A stretch of DNA of 64,000 nucleotides from NCBI GenBank assembly GCA_963677895.2, contig CAXXGJ010000018.1:192001-256000 (forward strand), in the 5' to 3' direction. The position numbers were made by a program, and so were the translations under genes. The notes below the pieces were generated by a model. The model saw only the letters and a list, made by a program, of their open reading frames with translations. It ran no database searches and had not been told where the DNA came from. This DNA is from Treponemataceae bacterium. Lineage in GTDB: Bacteria > Spirochaetota > Spirochaetia > Treponematales > Rectinemataceae. Each line of letters begins with the position of its first letter. Within the stretch, counting starts at the first letter, position 1. Shown here piece by piece: positions 11,359 through 21,647 of the stretch.

Positions 11359-12130
11359 ATGAATCCAGGATCGACAGCCCGCAGACTCCTTCCTGCCGTT
11401 TTCCTGTTGTTGCTGGTTCCCGTGATGTCGCATTCCCAGGAAAATTCCATGCCTCAAACATTGACCTTTTCCGGCTACACATGGATGGTCCGCCAGACCA
11501 CGCAGTCCGAAGGCCCGATGGACAACTACTTCGGCGGCCGCGATCTTTCCGTGTTCCTGAATGACGATGGATCGCTGACTTTGAAAATATCGCCCGAGGC
11601 AGGCATCTGGCACGCGGGCGAGGTAACGTCGCAGAAATTCATGGGCTATGGCACCTATGTTTTCAAGGTCAGGACCCCTCCCGCCGACCTGGATCCGAAT
11701 GTCGTGCTCGGACTCTTCACTTACTCAAGGGCGAGCGCCTACAGCCATCGGGAAATCGACATCGAATTTTCAGCCTGGGGCCAGAACGGAGAACCCGTAT
11801 TGGGCCAGTACGTGATCCAACCCTACGCCAATCCCGGCCATATGATAATGTTCGATATTTCGAAAATTAGCGGTGCGGCGACCTATTCGTTTGCCTGGCT
11901 TCGAGGGAAGAATAGATTTCGTTTCCTGGGAGGGCTACGGACCGCGGCCGGCGGACGGCTCCCCCTCCATCATCTCCTCCTGGAGCTTCTCCGACCCCAA
12001 AGCGGTCCCCAAGCCCTCGAGCCAGGTCCATATCAACCTCTACCTCGCTCATGGCGACGTTCCACCCTCCGGCCGCGGCTCCCTTGCCGTCACCATAGAC
12101 TCCTTCGAATTCATTCCGGCAAAAAAATAG
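11359..12130 (+). pseudogene. Exported glycoside hydrolase family 16-like protein, frameshifted near 11900 (real lesion or assembly error)
   Basis: Signal peptide, YGTYVF, catalytic-type EIDIE motif; the expected C-terminus (EGRIDF...VHINLYL...VTIDSFEFIP) lies in the overlapping frame 11873-12130. Confidence 0.75.
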
Positions 12131-12243
12131 GAGCCGCCCACGATTCTCTCGTGAACGGCTCCCTTTATCGGCGCCGGCCTTTTTAGGGCGGCGATCCAGC
12201 GCAGTCGGAGCGCCCAAGCGCAGTCGGCGCCAGCCTTCTATGT

Positions 12244-12948
12244 TCAGTTTTCGGCTATGAGCAGGGACTTCGTGTCCAGCTTCAGGCTCAGATCCTTCGG
12301 ATTCAGCATCTCGTGGTCCTTGATGACCTTGAAGTGAATGTAATCGTGCATGGGTTCCAGAACGATGAGGACCGAAATCAAGGGAAGCAGTTCCCTGAGG
12401 AGAATCGGCACATTGTTCTTGTCGAAGAGAGGATCAGCGCCCGACAGCGTGCAGGAATACCATACTTCCAGACCCATCTCGGCTATGAACTTCTTGACCT
12501 TTTCGAAACGCTCCACCGATCCGCGCGAGAAATCGAACCCGTCGACGATAACCGTCTTCGCGTCGAAGCCGCCATCCACGATCATCGCCCTGAGGGAGCG
12601 GGTGATCTGGTCGACCGATACTCCTTCCTGGGTGAAGTTCATGATGACGCGGTTGCGCACCAGCTGATCCTTGAGATTGCCGATGTCTTCCAGGTTCTTC
12701 CGTTTCGCGATCTCATCGAAAATATTCTCGTACCAGGAAATAACGTAACTCGTGTGCGCATTGAAGGAAACATGGATGACTTTTTCTCCCTGGATGAGCT
12801 TGTCGAGCGCCATCTGGACGAGAACGGAAGTCTTGCCGATGCCCTTTCTGCTGGAGATTATTCCGATATTGCCAGCGCCGAGGCCGCCTTCTATCGACTT
12901 CTCCAGAATGCGCACGCTGCTTTTCGAAATGAATTCTTCCTTCAGCAT
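12244..12948 (-). CDS. RecA/KaiC-fold P-loop protein of unknown function
   Basis: GGLGAGNIGII-SSRKGIGKTS Walker A-like and VIVDG Walker B-like segments. Confidence 0.7.
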   Translation of the reverse strand: MLKEEFISKSSVRILEKSIEGGLGAGNIGIISSRKGIGKTSVLVQMALDKLIQGEKVIHVSFNAHTSYVISWYENIFDEIAKRKNLEDIGNLKDQLVRNRVIMNFTQEGVSVDQITRSLRAMIVDGGFDAKTVIVDGFDFSRGSVERFEKVKKFIAEMGLEVWYSCTLSGADPLFDKNNVPILLRELLPLISVLIVLEPMHDYIHFKVIKDHEMLNPKDLSLKLDTKSLLIAEN

Positions 12949-13077
12949 GTGATCTCCTTTCGGCGATTGCGGGGCAATCCCCTGACATCTTCCCCGGCGC
13001 CGGAACGCCTGGGGAAGTCTTCATTCCTTAGTATACCCGCATTTCCTGCGGGCGGTAAAAAGAATTTGCCCAAAAAA

Positions 13078-15168
13078 TTACTTCTGGTGCTCTTTCTTTC
13101 TCTTCTCGAGATAATCCTCTCTCAGCTTTTCGGAGATCGAGGTGGGGACCTTTCCGTACTTCTCGAATTCCATGGTGAACTCGGCCTTGCCCTGCGTGAG
13201 CGACCTGATGACCGTGGAATAGCCGAACATCTCGGCGAGGGGCACTTCAGCCTCGACACGGCAGAACAGTCCGTCCTCGGTGCTGGCGGTGATGATGCCG
13301 CGCCTCTGGTTCAGCGAAGCGAAGATGTTGCCCTGGAATTCGTTCGGTCCCTCGACGCTCACCTTCATGATGGGCTCGAGGATGGCGGGTTTGGCCTTTT
13401 CATACGCTTCCCTGAAGGCGCCGATGGCCGCCAGCTGGAAGGCGATATCGGAGGAGTCGACGGCGTGGCTCTGGCCGTCGTTGACGAGACAGCGCACGTT
13501 GACGATGGGGAAGCCGATGAGACTGCCTTTCTGCGTCGCGGCCTTGAAGCCCTTGTCGCAGGAGGGGATGAATTCGATGGGAATCGCGCCACCCTTCACC
13601 TGGTTGACGAATTCGTAGTTCTGCTCGGTGATGGGCTCGATGTAGCCCGCGACGCGGCCGTACTGGCCGGAGCCGCCCGTCTGCTTCTTGTGGGTATAGT
13701 TGAAATCGGCGCGCTGCGTGATGGCTTCGCGGTAGGCGACCTGCGGCCTGCCTATCTCCACCTCGCACTTGTACTCGCGGCGCATGCGCTCCACATAGAC
13801 TTCGAGGTGGAGTTCGCCCATTCCCTTGATGATGGTCTGGTTGGACTCGGGATCGACGAAGGTCTGGAAGGTCGGGTCTTCCTTAGTGAAGCGGTTGAGC
13901 GCCTTGCCCATCTGGTCCGAGGATTTCTTGTCCTTGGGCTCGATGGCCAGGGAGATGACCGGTTCGGGAATATACATCGAGGACATGGCGTAGTTGAGAT
14001 CCGGATGGCAGAAGGTGTCGCCGGAAGCGCACTCGACGCCGAAGAGGGCGACGATGTCGCCGCAATAGCCTTCGGTGATATCTTCCATGGAGTTGGCGTG
14101 CATGCGGACGAGTCTTCCCACCTTGAAGCGCTTGCGCGACCTGGTGTTGTAGAGTTCATCGCCCTTCTTGAGTTCACCCTGGTAGATGCGCACGTAGGTG
14201 AGCTGGCCGTACTGGCCGTCCTCGAGCTTGAAGCCGAGGGCCACGGGTTTCTGGCTCGGGTCGGAGATGAGCTCGATTTCCTTTTCGCCATTGTCGAGGT
14301 CGAGCGCGACGTTGCGGACCTCGGTGGGGTCGGGGAGATAACTGACGACGGCGTCGAGGAGAATCTGCACGCCCTTGTTCTTGTAGGCGGAGCCCACGAA
14401 GACGGGGACGAATTTCTCGGCGATGACGCCCTTGCGGATGGCTGCCATGAGCATTTCGTTCGTGTATTCGCCGTCGAGGAAGGCTTCGGCCAATTCGTCG
14501 GAGAACATGGCCGCGGCTTCCGCGAGTTCCTCGCGGTAACGTTCGGCGTCGGCCACGAGATGGGCCGGGATATCGGCATAGCGGATGTCCTCGCCGCTGG
14601 GGCCGTCGAAATACACGGCGCGCATGAGGACAAGGTCGATGACGCCTTCCAGCTTATCCTCGAGCCCGATGGGGATCGTGACGAAGGCCGGATTGAGCCC
14701 GAGTTTTTCCTGGAGCTGCGCCTTTACCTTGAAGGGATTGGCGCCGGTGCGGTCGCACTTGTTGATGAAGGCGAGCCGGGGAACGTGGTAACGCTTGAGC
14801 TGGCGGTCCACCGTGATGGACTGGGACTGTACGCCCGCCACCGCGCAGAGCACGAGTATGGCTCCGTCGAGGACGCGCAGGGAACGCTCGACTTCGATCG
14901 TGAAGTCAACGTGTCCCGGCGTATCGATCAGGTTGATGTCGTAACCCTTCCACTGAACGTTGGTGGCCGCGGACTGGATGGTTATGCCGCGTTCGCGTTC
15001 CAGGTCCATGGAGTCCATGGTCGCGCCCGCGCCATCCTTGCCCCTTACTTCGTGTATGGCATAGATCTTCTGGCAGTAGAAGAGAATACGCTCTGACAGC
15101 GTTGTCTTGCCCGAATCGATATGGGCGGAAATCCCGATGTTTCGCATCTTGTGAATGTCATTGGACAT
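13078..15168 (-). CDS. fusA: Elongation factor G (spirochaete/mitochondrial EF-G1 type)
   Basis: [45 protein letters not shown]. Confidence 0.97.
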   Translation of the reverse strand: MSNDIHKMRNIGISAHIDSGKTTLSERILFYCQKIYAIHEVRGKDGAGATMDSMDLERERGITIQSAATNVQWKGYDINLIDTPGHVDFTIEVERSLRVLDGAILVLCAVAGVQSQSITVDRQLKRYHVPRLAFINKCDRTGANPFKVKAQLQEKLGLNPAFVTIPIGLEDKLEGVIDLVLMRAVYFDGPSGEDIRYADIPAHLVADAERYREELAEAAAMFSDELAEAFLDGEYTNEMLMAAIRKGVIAEKFVPVFVGSAYKNKGVQILLDAVVSYLPDPTEVRNVALDLDNGEKEIELISDPSQKPVALGFKLEDGQYGQLTYVRIYQGELKKGDELYNTRSRKRFKVGRLVRMHANSMEDITEGYCGDIVALFGVECASGDTFCHPDLNYAMSSMYIPEPVISLAIEPKDKKSSDQMGKALNRFTKEDPTFQTFVDPESNQTIIKGMGELHLEVYVERMRREYKCEVEIGRPQVAYREAITQRADFNYTHKKQTGGSGQYGRVAGYIEPITEQNYEFVNQVKGGAIPIEFIPSCDKGFKAATQKGSLIGFPIVNVRCLVNDGQSHAVDSSDIAFQLAAIGAFREAYEKAKPAILEPIMKVSVEGPNEFQGNIFASLNQRRGIITASTEDGLFCRVEAEVPLAEMFGYSTVIRSLTQGKAEFTMEFEKYGKVPTSISEKLREDYLEKRKKEHQK

Positions 15169-15366
15169 CTTGAGCCTTCACCTCATTGCAATAGAATGCG
15201 GGCGCCAAAAAGCGCCGTTCGCGGTTCGAAACGGTACCTGGCAGCATTGTTGATAACAATGCGGGAGATTGTAGAAAAAAATGCGGTTTGTTCCCATTTG
15301 TTAGAAAATCAGCTACCTGGCTACAGTATAGTGAAAAAGGTTCAGTTTTTCAATACCCGCGGACGA

Positions 15367-15783
15367 TCAGATATATTCGATTTCCCAATCGAGCGGAGCG
15401 CTGTCTCTGAGCATCGCGCTGACGCCGCAGTATTTTTGCTGGGAAAGCTCGCAGGCCTTCCTCACGTTGTCGGGATTGAGATGATCGCTTGCCTTGAACT
15501 GATAGATCAATTTGATATGGACATACTTCTTGGGATGCTCTTCCCTGCCGTCGCCTTCCGCTTTCATGGCAAACCATGTGCAGGGTTCCCTCATTTTCTT
15601 GAGGATCGAAACGACATCCATGCCTGAACAGCCAGTGAGGGCGGCCAAAAGCAGTGGCTTAGGTCTGGCTCCTCCATCCTGCCCGCCGTCCGCGGCGGCC
15701 GCGTCCATGATGATCTTATGGCCATTCACGTCGGCCTCGAATGCCATGCCGCCATTCCAAATAGTTGTTACTTCGCTTTTCAT
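15367..15783 (-). CDS. OsmC/YhfA family protein
   Basis: GARPKPLLLAALTGCSGMDV and KYCGVS two-Cys pattern. Confidence 0.88.
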   Translation of the reverse strand: MKSEVTTIWNGGMAFEADVNGHKIIMDAAAADGGQDGGARPKPLLLAALTGCSGMDVVSILKKMREPCTWFAMKAEGDGREEHPKKYVHIKLIYQFKASDHLNPDNVRKACELSQQKYCGVSAMLRDSAPLDWEIEYI

Positions 15784-15830
15784 GGAGTGCCTCCCATCGC
15801 ATGATATAACGTCGGGAGGAGGCCTGGCAA

Positions 15831-16403
15831 TCAGTTGGCGGAAACGGAGAACATGAGGCGATCGGAATAGCTGCCGCTCGCGGCCGATTGGGGAACATCG
15901 CGGATGGCGAGGGCGACGCTGAAGGGTTCGCTGTATTTGGAGGATTTGCCCGCGGCGGCGAAGGAGAATGTGCCGCCTTCGGCCGTCGATGCGGTATCGC
16001 CGAGGTAGAGTTCATAGGGGATGGCGGTCTTGTCGGTTCCGGTCAGGTCCCTGAGCGCGCCGCCGTTGGCCGAATGAACCTTGACGGTATAGGAAGAAGT
16101 CACGTTGGAGAAAAGACTTGCGTTTCCGAGATGCACGACGGCTCCCGTCTTTATCTCGAACCGGAGATCATTGTTCGGGGTATAGGCGGCGTTGCCGGAG
16201 ACCGTTCCGTTGGCGGGGATATAGCCGGTCAGGTTGGCGCTGGCGTCGTTGGAAAAGTCGAGGGAGAGTTTGAGCACGGCGGGAACGACGGCGACGATCT
16301 GTATGGAGACGCTTTTGGAGTTGGACGTTTTTTGAGCATAGGCTCCGGTGAGTGTCACCAGGGCGAGCATCGCGAAAACCGCCGACCGCAAAAACCGCTT
16401 CAT
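15831..16403 (-). CDS. Exported beta-rich protein resembling Csu/spore-coat-U type pilin subunits
   Basis: Signal peptide; SN..SYTV.V.S.NGG.L, IPYEL and C-terminal GSYSDRLMFSV strand. Confidence 0.5.
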   Translation of the reverse strand: MKRFLRSAVFAMLALVTLTGAYAQKTSNSKSVSIQIVAVVPAVLKLSLDFSNDASANLTGYIPANGTVSGNAAYTPNNDLRFEIKTGAVVHLGNASLFSNVTSSYTVKVHSANGGALRDLTGTDKTAIPYELYLGDTASTAEGGTFSFAAAGKSSKYSEPFSVALAIRDVPQSAASGSYSDRLMFSVSAN

Positions 16404-16649
16404 TCCTTCTCCTTGTCCATCCTATGCTTTAGATGATAATGGAGAAGGAAATGCTTGTTATTGTCGTGATGACCGGTTCAGAGGCCTTATTGACGGCCTG
16501 TCGTCTTTTTATTTGAAGGACTGCCGGCGATTTTCTCCAAAATCTCCAATAGACTAAAAGACTTGGAGCTAATTGTTAAAAGGTCCAAAATCTCCAATTT
16601 CTCCAACGCCGGATTTCATGAGCGGAAAAATCGGAAATGAAGGTTTTTT

Positions 16650-16684
16650 AAAAAAAGCGGCGCGGTCGGGGCCGCGCCGTAAAA
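16650..16684 (-). terminator. Rho-independent terminator after the PPIase gene
   Basis: Minus strand CGGCGCGG-loop-CCGCGCCG followed by a T run. Confidence 0.75.
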
Positions 16685-16685
16685 T

Positions 16686-17708
16686 TCATCGGGAGATGGA
16701 GGTCAATTCCATTTCGAAGACGAGGAAGGCATCCGCGGGAATCACGCCGCTTATGCCGGACGAGCCGTAGGCCAGCTCGGGCGGAATGACGACGAGCCTT
16801 TTTTCGCCCTTGCGCATCGTGGACACGACCTTGTCCCAGCCTTCGATTATTTCGCCCGTTCCGACGCGGAACTTGAAGGGGCCGCCCGCGAGGGCGGACT
16901 GGTCGAAAACGGTGCCGTCGAGCAGCATGCCTTTGTAGATCACCGAGACGGTATCTCCCTTGGCTGGCACATCGCCAAAACCTTTGCGGATTACCTTCTG
17001 GAATATGCCGTACTCGTCCTTGACCGCGTCGGGCCATTTGGCGGAGATGGCCGCCATATCCGATGCCTGTTTGGCCTGGGCGGCGGATCGAAGCGCGGCG
17101 TAGGAGGCGCTGAGTCTCTCGTCCCAGGCTTTTTGAGAAACATCGAAAGCCTTGGCTTTAGCGCCCACGCGCTCGATGCGAACCTTTTTAATCGCGTCGC
17201 CCACGGCGATGGTGTTTACGATATCCATGCCTTCCACAACCTTGCCGAATACGGAGTGTTTTCCGTCCAGCCAGGCCGCGTCGCCGAGGGTAATGAAAAA
17301 CTGGCTTCCATTCGTGTTGGGACCGGCATTGGCCATGGAAACCACGCCAGGGCCTACATGTTTAAGCTCGGGGGAAAATTCGTCGGGGAATTTATAGCCG
17401 GGACCGCCGGAACCGTTGCCGAGGGGATCTCCGCCCTGGATGACGAATCCGGGTTCCACCCTATGGAAGGTGATGCCGTCGTAATATGGTTTGCCCTTGC
17501 TGGCGTCGAGCTTGCCTTCGGCGAGTCCCACGAAGTTTCCGACCGTGAGTGGCGTCTTCTCGAATTCGAGGGAGAGCACGATCTCTCCTTTCGTCGTCTC
17601 GAGGACGGCGTAGAGTCCGTCGGGCCTTTCGCTGGTCTGGCAGGAGACCATGCTCGTGGCCGCCGACAGGAAGGCCAGAGCGAGTATCAGTTTATGTATT
17701 CGTTTCAT
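16686..17708 (-). CDS. Cyclophilin-FKBP fusion peptidyl-prolyl isomerase, probable lipoprotein
   Basis: Lipobox-like MVSC; cyclophilin [47 protein letters not shown]. Confidence 0.92.
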   Translation of the reverse strand: MKRIHKLILALAFLSAATSMVSCQTSERPDGLYAVLETTKGEIVLSLEFEKTPLTVGNFVGLAEGKLDASKGKPYYDGITFHRVEPGFVIQGGDPLGNGSGGPGYKFPDEFSPELKHVGPGVVSMANAGPNTNGSQFFITLGDAAWLDGKHSVFGKVVEGMDIVNTIAVGDAIKKVRIERVGAKAKAFDVSQKAWDERLSASYAALRSAAQAKQASDMAAISAKWPDAVKDEYGIFQKVIRKGFGDVPAKGDTVSVIYKGMLLDGTVFDQSALAGGPFKFRVGTGEIIEGWDKVVSTMRKGEKRLVVIPPELAYGSSGISGVIPADAFLVFEMELTSISR

Positions 17709-17846
17709 TCTTTCCTCCGGGTAAACCAGCGTTACCATATCAGAAACGCCGCGCCGATGAAAGATCCATCCCGGCTATTTCTTCACGGCTCTTGACGACG
17801 GAAAGCGCGCGGGCAATGATGGCTTAAGGAAAAGCAAGGAGCTGAA

Positions 17847-18338
17847 ATGGCGGAAATGGAATACAAGAGACCCACCTGGGACGAATACTTCATGGAAGTC
17901 TGCAATGCCATAGCCAAGCGAGCGACCTGCGACCGGGGAAGGTCTGGCTGCGTCATCGCCAAGGACAATCAGATACTGGCCACCGGCTATGTGGGAGCTC
18001 CCAGCGGACTGCCGCATTGCGACGAAGCAGGCCATCAGCTCAAGAAGCTCATCCATGAGGACGGAACGGTTACCCAGCATTGCGTCCGTACCGTGCATGC
18101 CGAACAGAACGCCATCTGCCAGGCCGCGCGCAGGGGGGCCGCCATACAGGGCGCCACGCTTTACTGCCGCATGACTCCCTGCCGGACCTGCGCCATGATG
18201 ATCATCAACTGCGGCATCGTGCGTGTCATTTGCGAGCGGCGATATCACGACGGAGCCGAGAGCGAAGAGATGTTCAAGACGGCCGGCGTGGCCTTGGAGT
18301 ATGTATTCGACGAAGTCCAGAAGTATAAAAACCAGTAA
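17847..18338 (+). CDS. dCMP deaminase / cytidine deaminase family protein
   Basis: RPTWDEYFM, HAEQNAI, PCRTC zinc-deaminase motifs. Confidence 0.92.
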   Translation: MAEMEYKRPTWDEYFMEVCNAIAKRATCDRGRSGCVIAKDNQILATGYVGAPSGLPHCDEAGHQLKKLIHEDGTVTQHCVRTVHAEQNAICQAARRGAAIQGATLYCRMTPCRTCAMMIINCGIVRVICERRYHDGAESEEMFKTAGVALEYVFDEVQKYKNQ

Positions 18339-18421
18339 GTGGAGCCGCCCGCCGCCGCGTCTCTTCCGCCCGCGGATCTCCTGATTGCATAAAACCTTCG
18401 CTTGCCTGTAAAGTACGGAAC

Positions 18422-19255
18422 GTGAGCATCAACGTAGTTTTCATCGGCGAGATCGTGGGCAAGAGCGGCGTCTTCGCCCTCAAGTCCACCTTGCCCGAGA
18501 TAAAGGCCAGATATAAGCCCGATTTCATCATCGCCGACGCCGATTCCGCGACCGGCGGCGCCGGACTCGGCGTGCAGCATGCCGTCTATCTCCGCAAGTT
18601 GGGCATCGACTGCCTCACCGTCGGCGATTGCGCCTACTACAAGATCGACATGACCGAATTCTATCCGAAAGCCGGCTGGGTGCTGCGCCCGGCCAACTAT
18701 CCTTATGAGAATCCCGGAAGAGGATGGAAGATCTTCCAGACTCCGGTCGGCAAGATCGCCGTCGTTTCGCTCTTGGGGCAGGCGGGTTTCCCTCGCGTGC
18801 ATCTGGAGAATCCCTTTCCCGCGATCGATCAGATAATCGACAGGATAGCCGCCGACACGAAGGCCATCGTCGTGGATTTCCACGCCTCGACGACGGCGGA
18901 AAAGCTCACGCTTTCCAGCTATGTCGACGGCAGGGTATCGGCGGTCGTGGGGAGCCACTGCAAGGCGCTTACGGCAGACGCTCGTTTGATGAAAAATGGT
19001 ACGGCGGCGATTACCGATTGCGGCCGAACCGGCAGTATATTATCCGTTGGGGGCATGAATCCCGATGCCCGCGTAAAGGAATTCATGACAGCGGTCCGCG
19101 TATGGGAAGGCGACGGGACTCTTGGACTGGAAGTTCAAGGCTGCTTTTTCCGCATAGGCGATTCGGGCAAGGCCGAACGCATGGAAAGCTTCAGGATTCC
19201 CTGCAAGGAGACGATCGATGAAAGAAATGGCAACGGTCAAGAAGATAAACGGTAA
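18422..19255 (+). CDS. YmdB/TIGR00282-family metallophosphoesterase with substituted metal ligands
   Basis: FIGEIVG, LRPANYP, VDFHASTTAEK, LTADARL, ITDCGRTG. Confidence 0.82.
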   Translation: MSINVVFIGEIVGKSGVFALKSTLPEIKARYKPDFIIADADSATGGAGLGVQHAVYLRKLGIDCLTVGDCAYYKIDMTEFYPKAGWVLRPANYPYENPGRGWKIFQTPVGKIAVVSLLGQAGFPRVHLENPFPAIDQIIDRIAADTKAIVVDFHASTTAEKLTLSSYVDGRVSAVVGSHCKALTADARLMKNGTAAITDCGRTGSILSVGGMNPDARVKEFMTAVRVWEGDGTLGLEVQGCFFRIGDSGKAERMESFRIPCKETIDERNGNGQEDKR

Positions 19256-19625
19256 GTTAGTCCATGTCTCCATAGCGATGCATGACGGCTGCGCTTCCTG
19301 CATCAACAACAGCTGCAAGAATGGACGCAGCGACCTCCAGAGCTACAATGCCCATGGCATCGACGTGATTGAAGGCGACGAGGTGGAGATCGAGATTTCC
19401 GGATCCGAACAGGCCAAAGGCGCTTTTTGGATCCTCGGCCTGCCGCTTATCGCCTTGTTTGCGGGTTATGGCCTCGGCCGTCTCTTTTTTCCCACGACTA
19501 CCGAAGGTCCGGCCGTGATCTCCGCGGGCGTGTTTTTCGTATTGACGCTCGGCGCGGGCGCCCTGCTGCAGAAAAGCAGGAAATTCGACTCGCTCCCCGT
19601 GATCATAAGGAAATGCGGCGCCTGA
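19218..19625 (+). CDS. RseC/MucC-family membrane protein
   Basis: CASC....C cluster, GDEVEI, two C-terminal TM helices. Confidence 0.7.
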   Translation: MKEMATVKKINGKLVHVSIAMHDGCASCINNSCKNGRSDLQSYNAHGIDVIEGDEVEIEISGSEQAKGAFWILGLPLIALFAGYGLGRLFFPTTTEGPAVISAGVFFVLTLGAGALLQKSRKFDSLPVIIRKCGA

Positions 19626-19741
19626 TAATGTGTTTCTCCCTCTAGAAATCTGCGTTTGACTCCTGCCCTGATCGGTGAAATAATAAAAACGCCAGCGTTG
19701 CTGGTGTTTTTAGACATCGTGGGGCACATGGAGATAGACGG

Positions 19742-21565
19742 ATGAAACGATCATTTTCTTTCTGTCTTGCCGCAGTACTGCTTCTTGCCGCAACAGTAGC
19801 GGGCGCGGCGCCGAAGTCCGAGGATTATTTCGCGGTATACGCGGGAGAGCTTACGACACTCAATTATCTCGTCGTAGCCGCCGAAAACGAGCATTCCGTC
19901 ATCGCGAACATCGTCGATGGGCTCGTTGAATATGACAAGTATGGCGTCCTCGTCCCCTCACTCGCCACCGATTGGAAAAACTCCCCCGATGGCAAAACCT
20001 GGACCTTCACGCTTCGCAAGGGCGTAAAATGGGTGGACAACAAAGGCAAGGATTATGCCGAGGTAGTCGCTCAGGACTGGGTCGATGCGGCCAAGTATCT
20101 CTTCAACAAGAAAAACGCTTCCCTCACGGCGAAGATAGCCTACGATGTCCTCAAGAACGCCAAGGCTTATTTTGACGGTACCTTGACCGATTTCGGCCAG
20201 GTTGGCGTCAAGGCGCTCGATAAATATACGGTGCAGTACACGCTGGAGAAGCCCGTTCCCTATTTCCTCAGCATGCTCACCTATGTCTGCTTCCTGCCCG
20301 TCAACGGCCAGTTCCTGGAGAAGACCGGAACGAGGTTCGGCACCGACAACAAGAATGTTCTCTACAACGGCGCCTACATACTCGACACCTTCGAGCCCCA
20401 AGTCGGGCGAACCCTTGTGCGCAACGACAAATACTGGGACAAGGACCATGTCTTCATCAGAAGACTATCCTATAAATACAACAAGGAAGCGAGCACCCTC
20501 GGACCCGAGCTCTTCCTGCGCGGCGAAATCTCGTCAGTGGCTGTTCCGAGCTCCCTCATCGATACCTGGATGAAAGATCCGGCCAAGAAAGCCATCGTGC
20601 GTCCGGCGGAAACATCTTCCTATACCTATTTCTACACCTTTAACTTCAACCCGAATTTCGATGCTCAGTATGAGCCCGACAACTGGAAGCTGGCCGTCAA
20701 CAACAAGAATTTCCGCAAGTCGCTTTTCCATGCCCTGGACAGGCGCGCCGCCATGATCACCGCCGAGCCGTACGCGCCCGAGCGGAGACTTCAGAACACG
20801 ATCACGCCGCGCAACTTCGTCAACGCTTCCGGCAAAGACTTTGTCGATATGGGCGATCTGTCGAAGTATTCCAAGACAGATTCCTTCAACAAGACGCTCG
20901 CCGTCGAATTCAAGGCGAAAACCTTGGCCGAACTCGCCGGCAAGGCGAAATTCCCCGTCAAGATCATGATGCCCTACAATGCCGGGGCTACAGACTGGAC
21001 CAACAGAGTTCAGGTTGTCGAGCAGCAGCTGGAGAATCTCCTCGGCAAGGACTACATTGATGTGGTTCCCGTATCCTTCCCCGCCACTGGATTCCTCGGC
21101 GCCACCCGCCGGAAAGGCAACTATGCCATCCAGGAATGCAACTGGGGTCCTGACTACGCCGATCCGGAAACCTACACCGATCCTTTCATTACCGGCTCGA
21201 ACTACAACTGGCCGGAGATGGCTGTTGGATATGCGCAGGCGAACGGCAAGACCGCCTATGAAAACATGGTGGACGCGGCCAAGGCGGAAACCGTCAACAT
21301 CGCGAAGCGCTATGACCTCTTCGCCAAGGCCGAAGCCTATTTCATCGGCGAAGCCTTTGTCATTCCCTACGCGATCGGCGGCGGCGGATTCACCGCATCC
21401 AAACTCGAACCTTTCTCATATCCATTTGCGCCCTTCGGCATGTCCTATCTGAAATTCAAGGGACAGACGGTCATGCAGAAGCCGCTCTCCACGGAAGCCT
21501 ACAACAAGATGAAGGCGACTTGGGACGAGGAACGAGAGGAAGCCCTCCAGAAGTCCAAGTTCTGA
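19742..21565 (+). CDS. oppA: Oligopeptide ABC transporter substrate-binding protein
   Basis: Signal peptide; DGLVEYD, WTFTLRKGVKW, YNGAYIL, WGPDYADP. Confidence 0.9.
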   Translation: MKRSFSFCLAAVLLLAATVAGAAPKSEDYFAVYAGELTTLNYLVVAAENEHSVIANIVDGLVEYDKYGVLVPSLATDWKNSPDGKTWTFTLRKGVKWVDNKGKDYAEVVAQDWVDAAKYLFNKKNASLTAKIAYDVLKNAKAYFDGTLTDFGQVGVKALDKYTVQYTLEKPVPYFLSMLTYVCFLPVNGQFLEKTGTRFGTDNKNVLYNGAYILDTFEPQVGRTLVRNDKYWDKDHVFIRRLSYKYNKEASTLGPELFLRGEISSVAVPSSLIDTWMKDPAKKAIVRPAETSSYTYFYTFNFNPNFDAQYEPDNWKLAVNNKNFRKSLFHALDRRAAMITAEPYAPERRLQNTITPRNFVNASGKDFVDMGDLSKYSKTDSFNKTLAVEFKAKTLAELAGKAKFPVKIMMPYNAGATDWTNRVQVVEQQLENLLGKDYIDVVPVSFPATGFLGATRRKGNYAIQECNWGPDYADPETYTDPFITGSNYNWPEMAVGYAQANGKTAYENMVDAAKAETVNIAKRYDLFAKAEAYFIGEAFVIPYAIGGGGFTASKLEPFSYPFAPFGMSYLKFKGQTVMQKPLSTEAYNKMKATWDEEREEALQKSKF

Positions 21566-21647
21566 GACAACATCGTTCATGTTTCGCGATCGCGGCGCAG
21601 ACTGGGGAAGCCCGGTCCGCGCCGCGATGTGCGGCCGCGGGGAATCA

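Noticed and set aside
12198..12227. AGCGCAGTCGG direct repeat (two copies)
   Set aside because: Only two 11-bp copies in a convergent intergenic gap; no further copies noticed and no evident function
12313..15096. 927-aa ORF on the + strand
   Set aside because: Antisense shadow of fusA and its neighbour, expected from high-GC codon bias; no recognisable motifs
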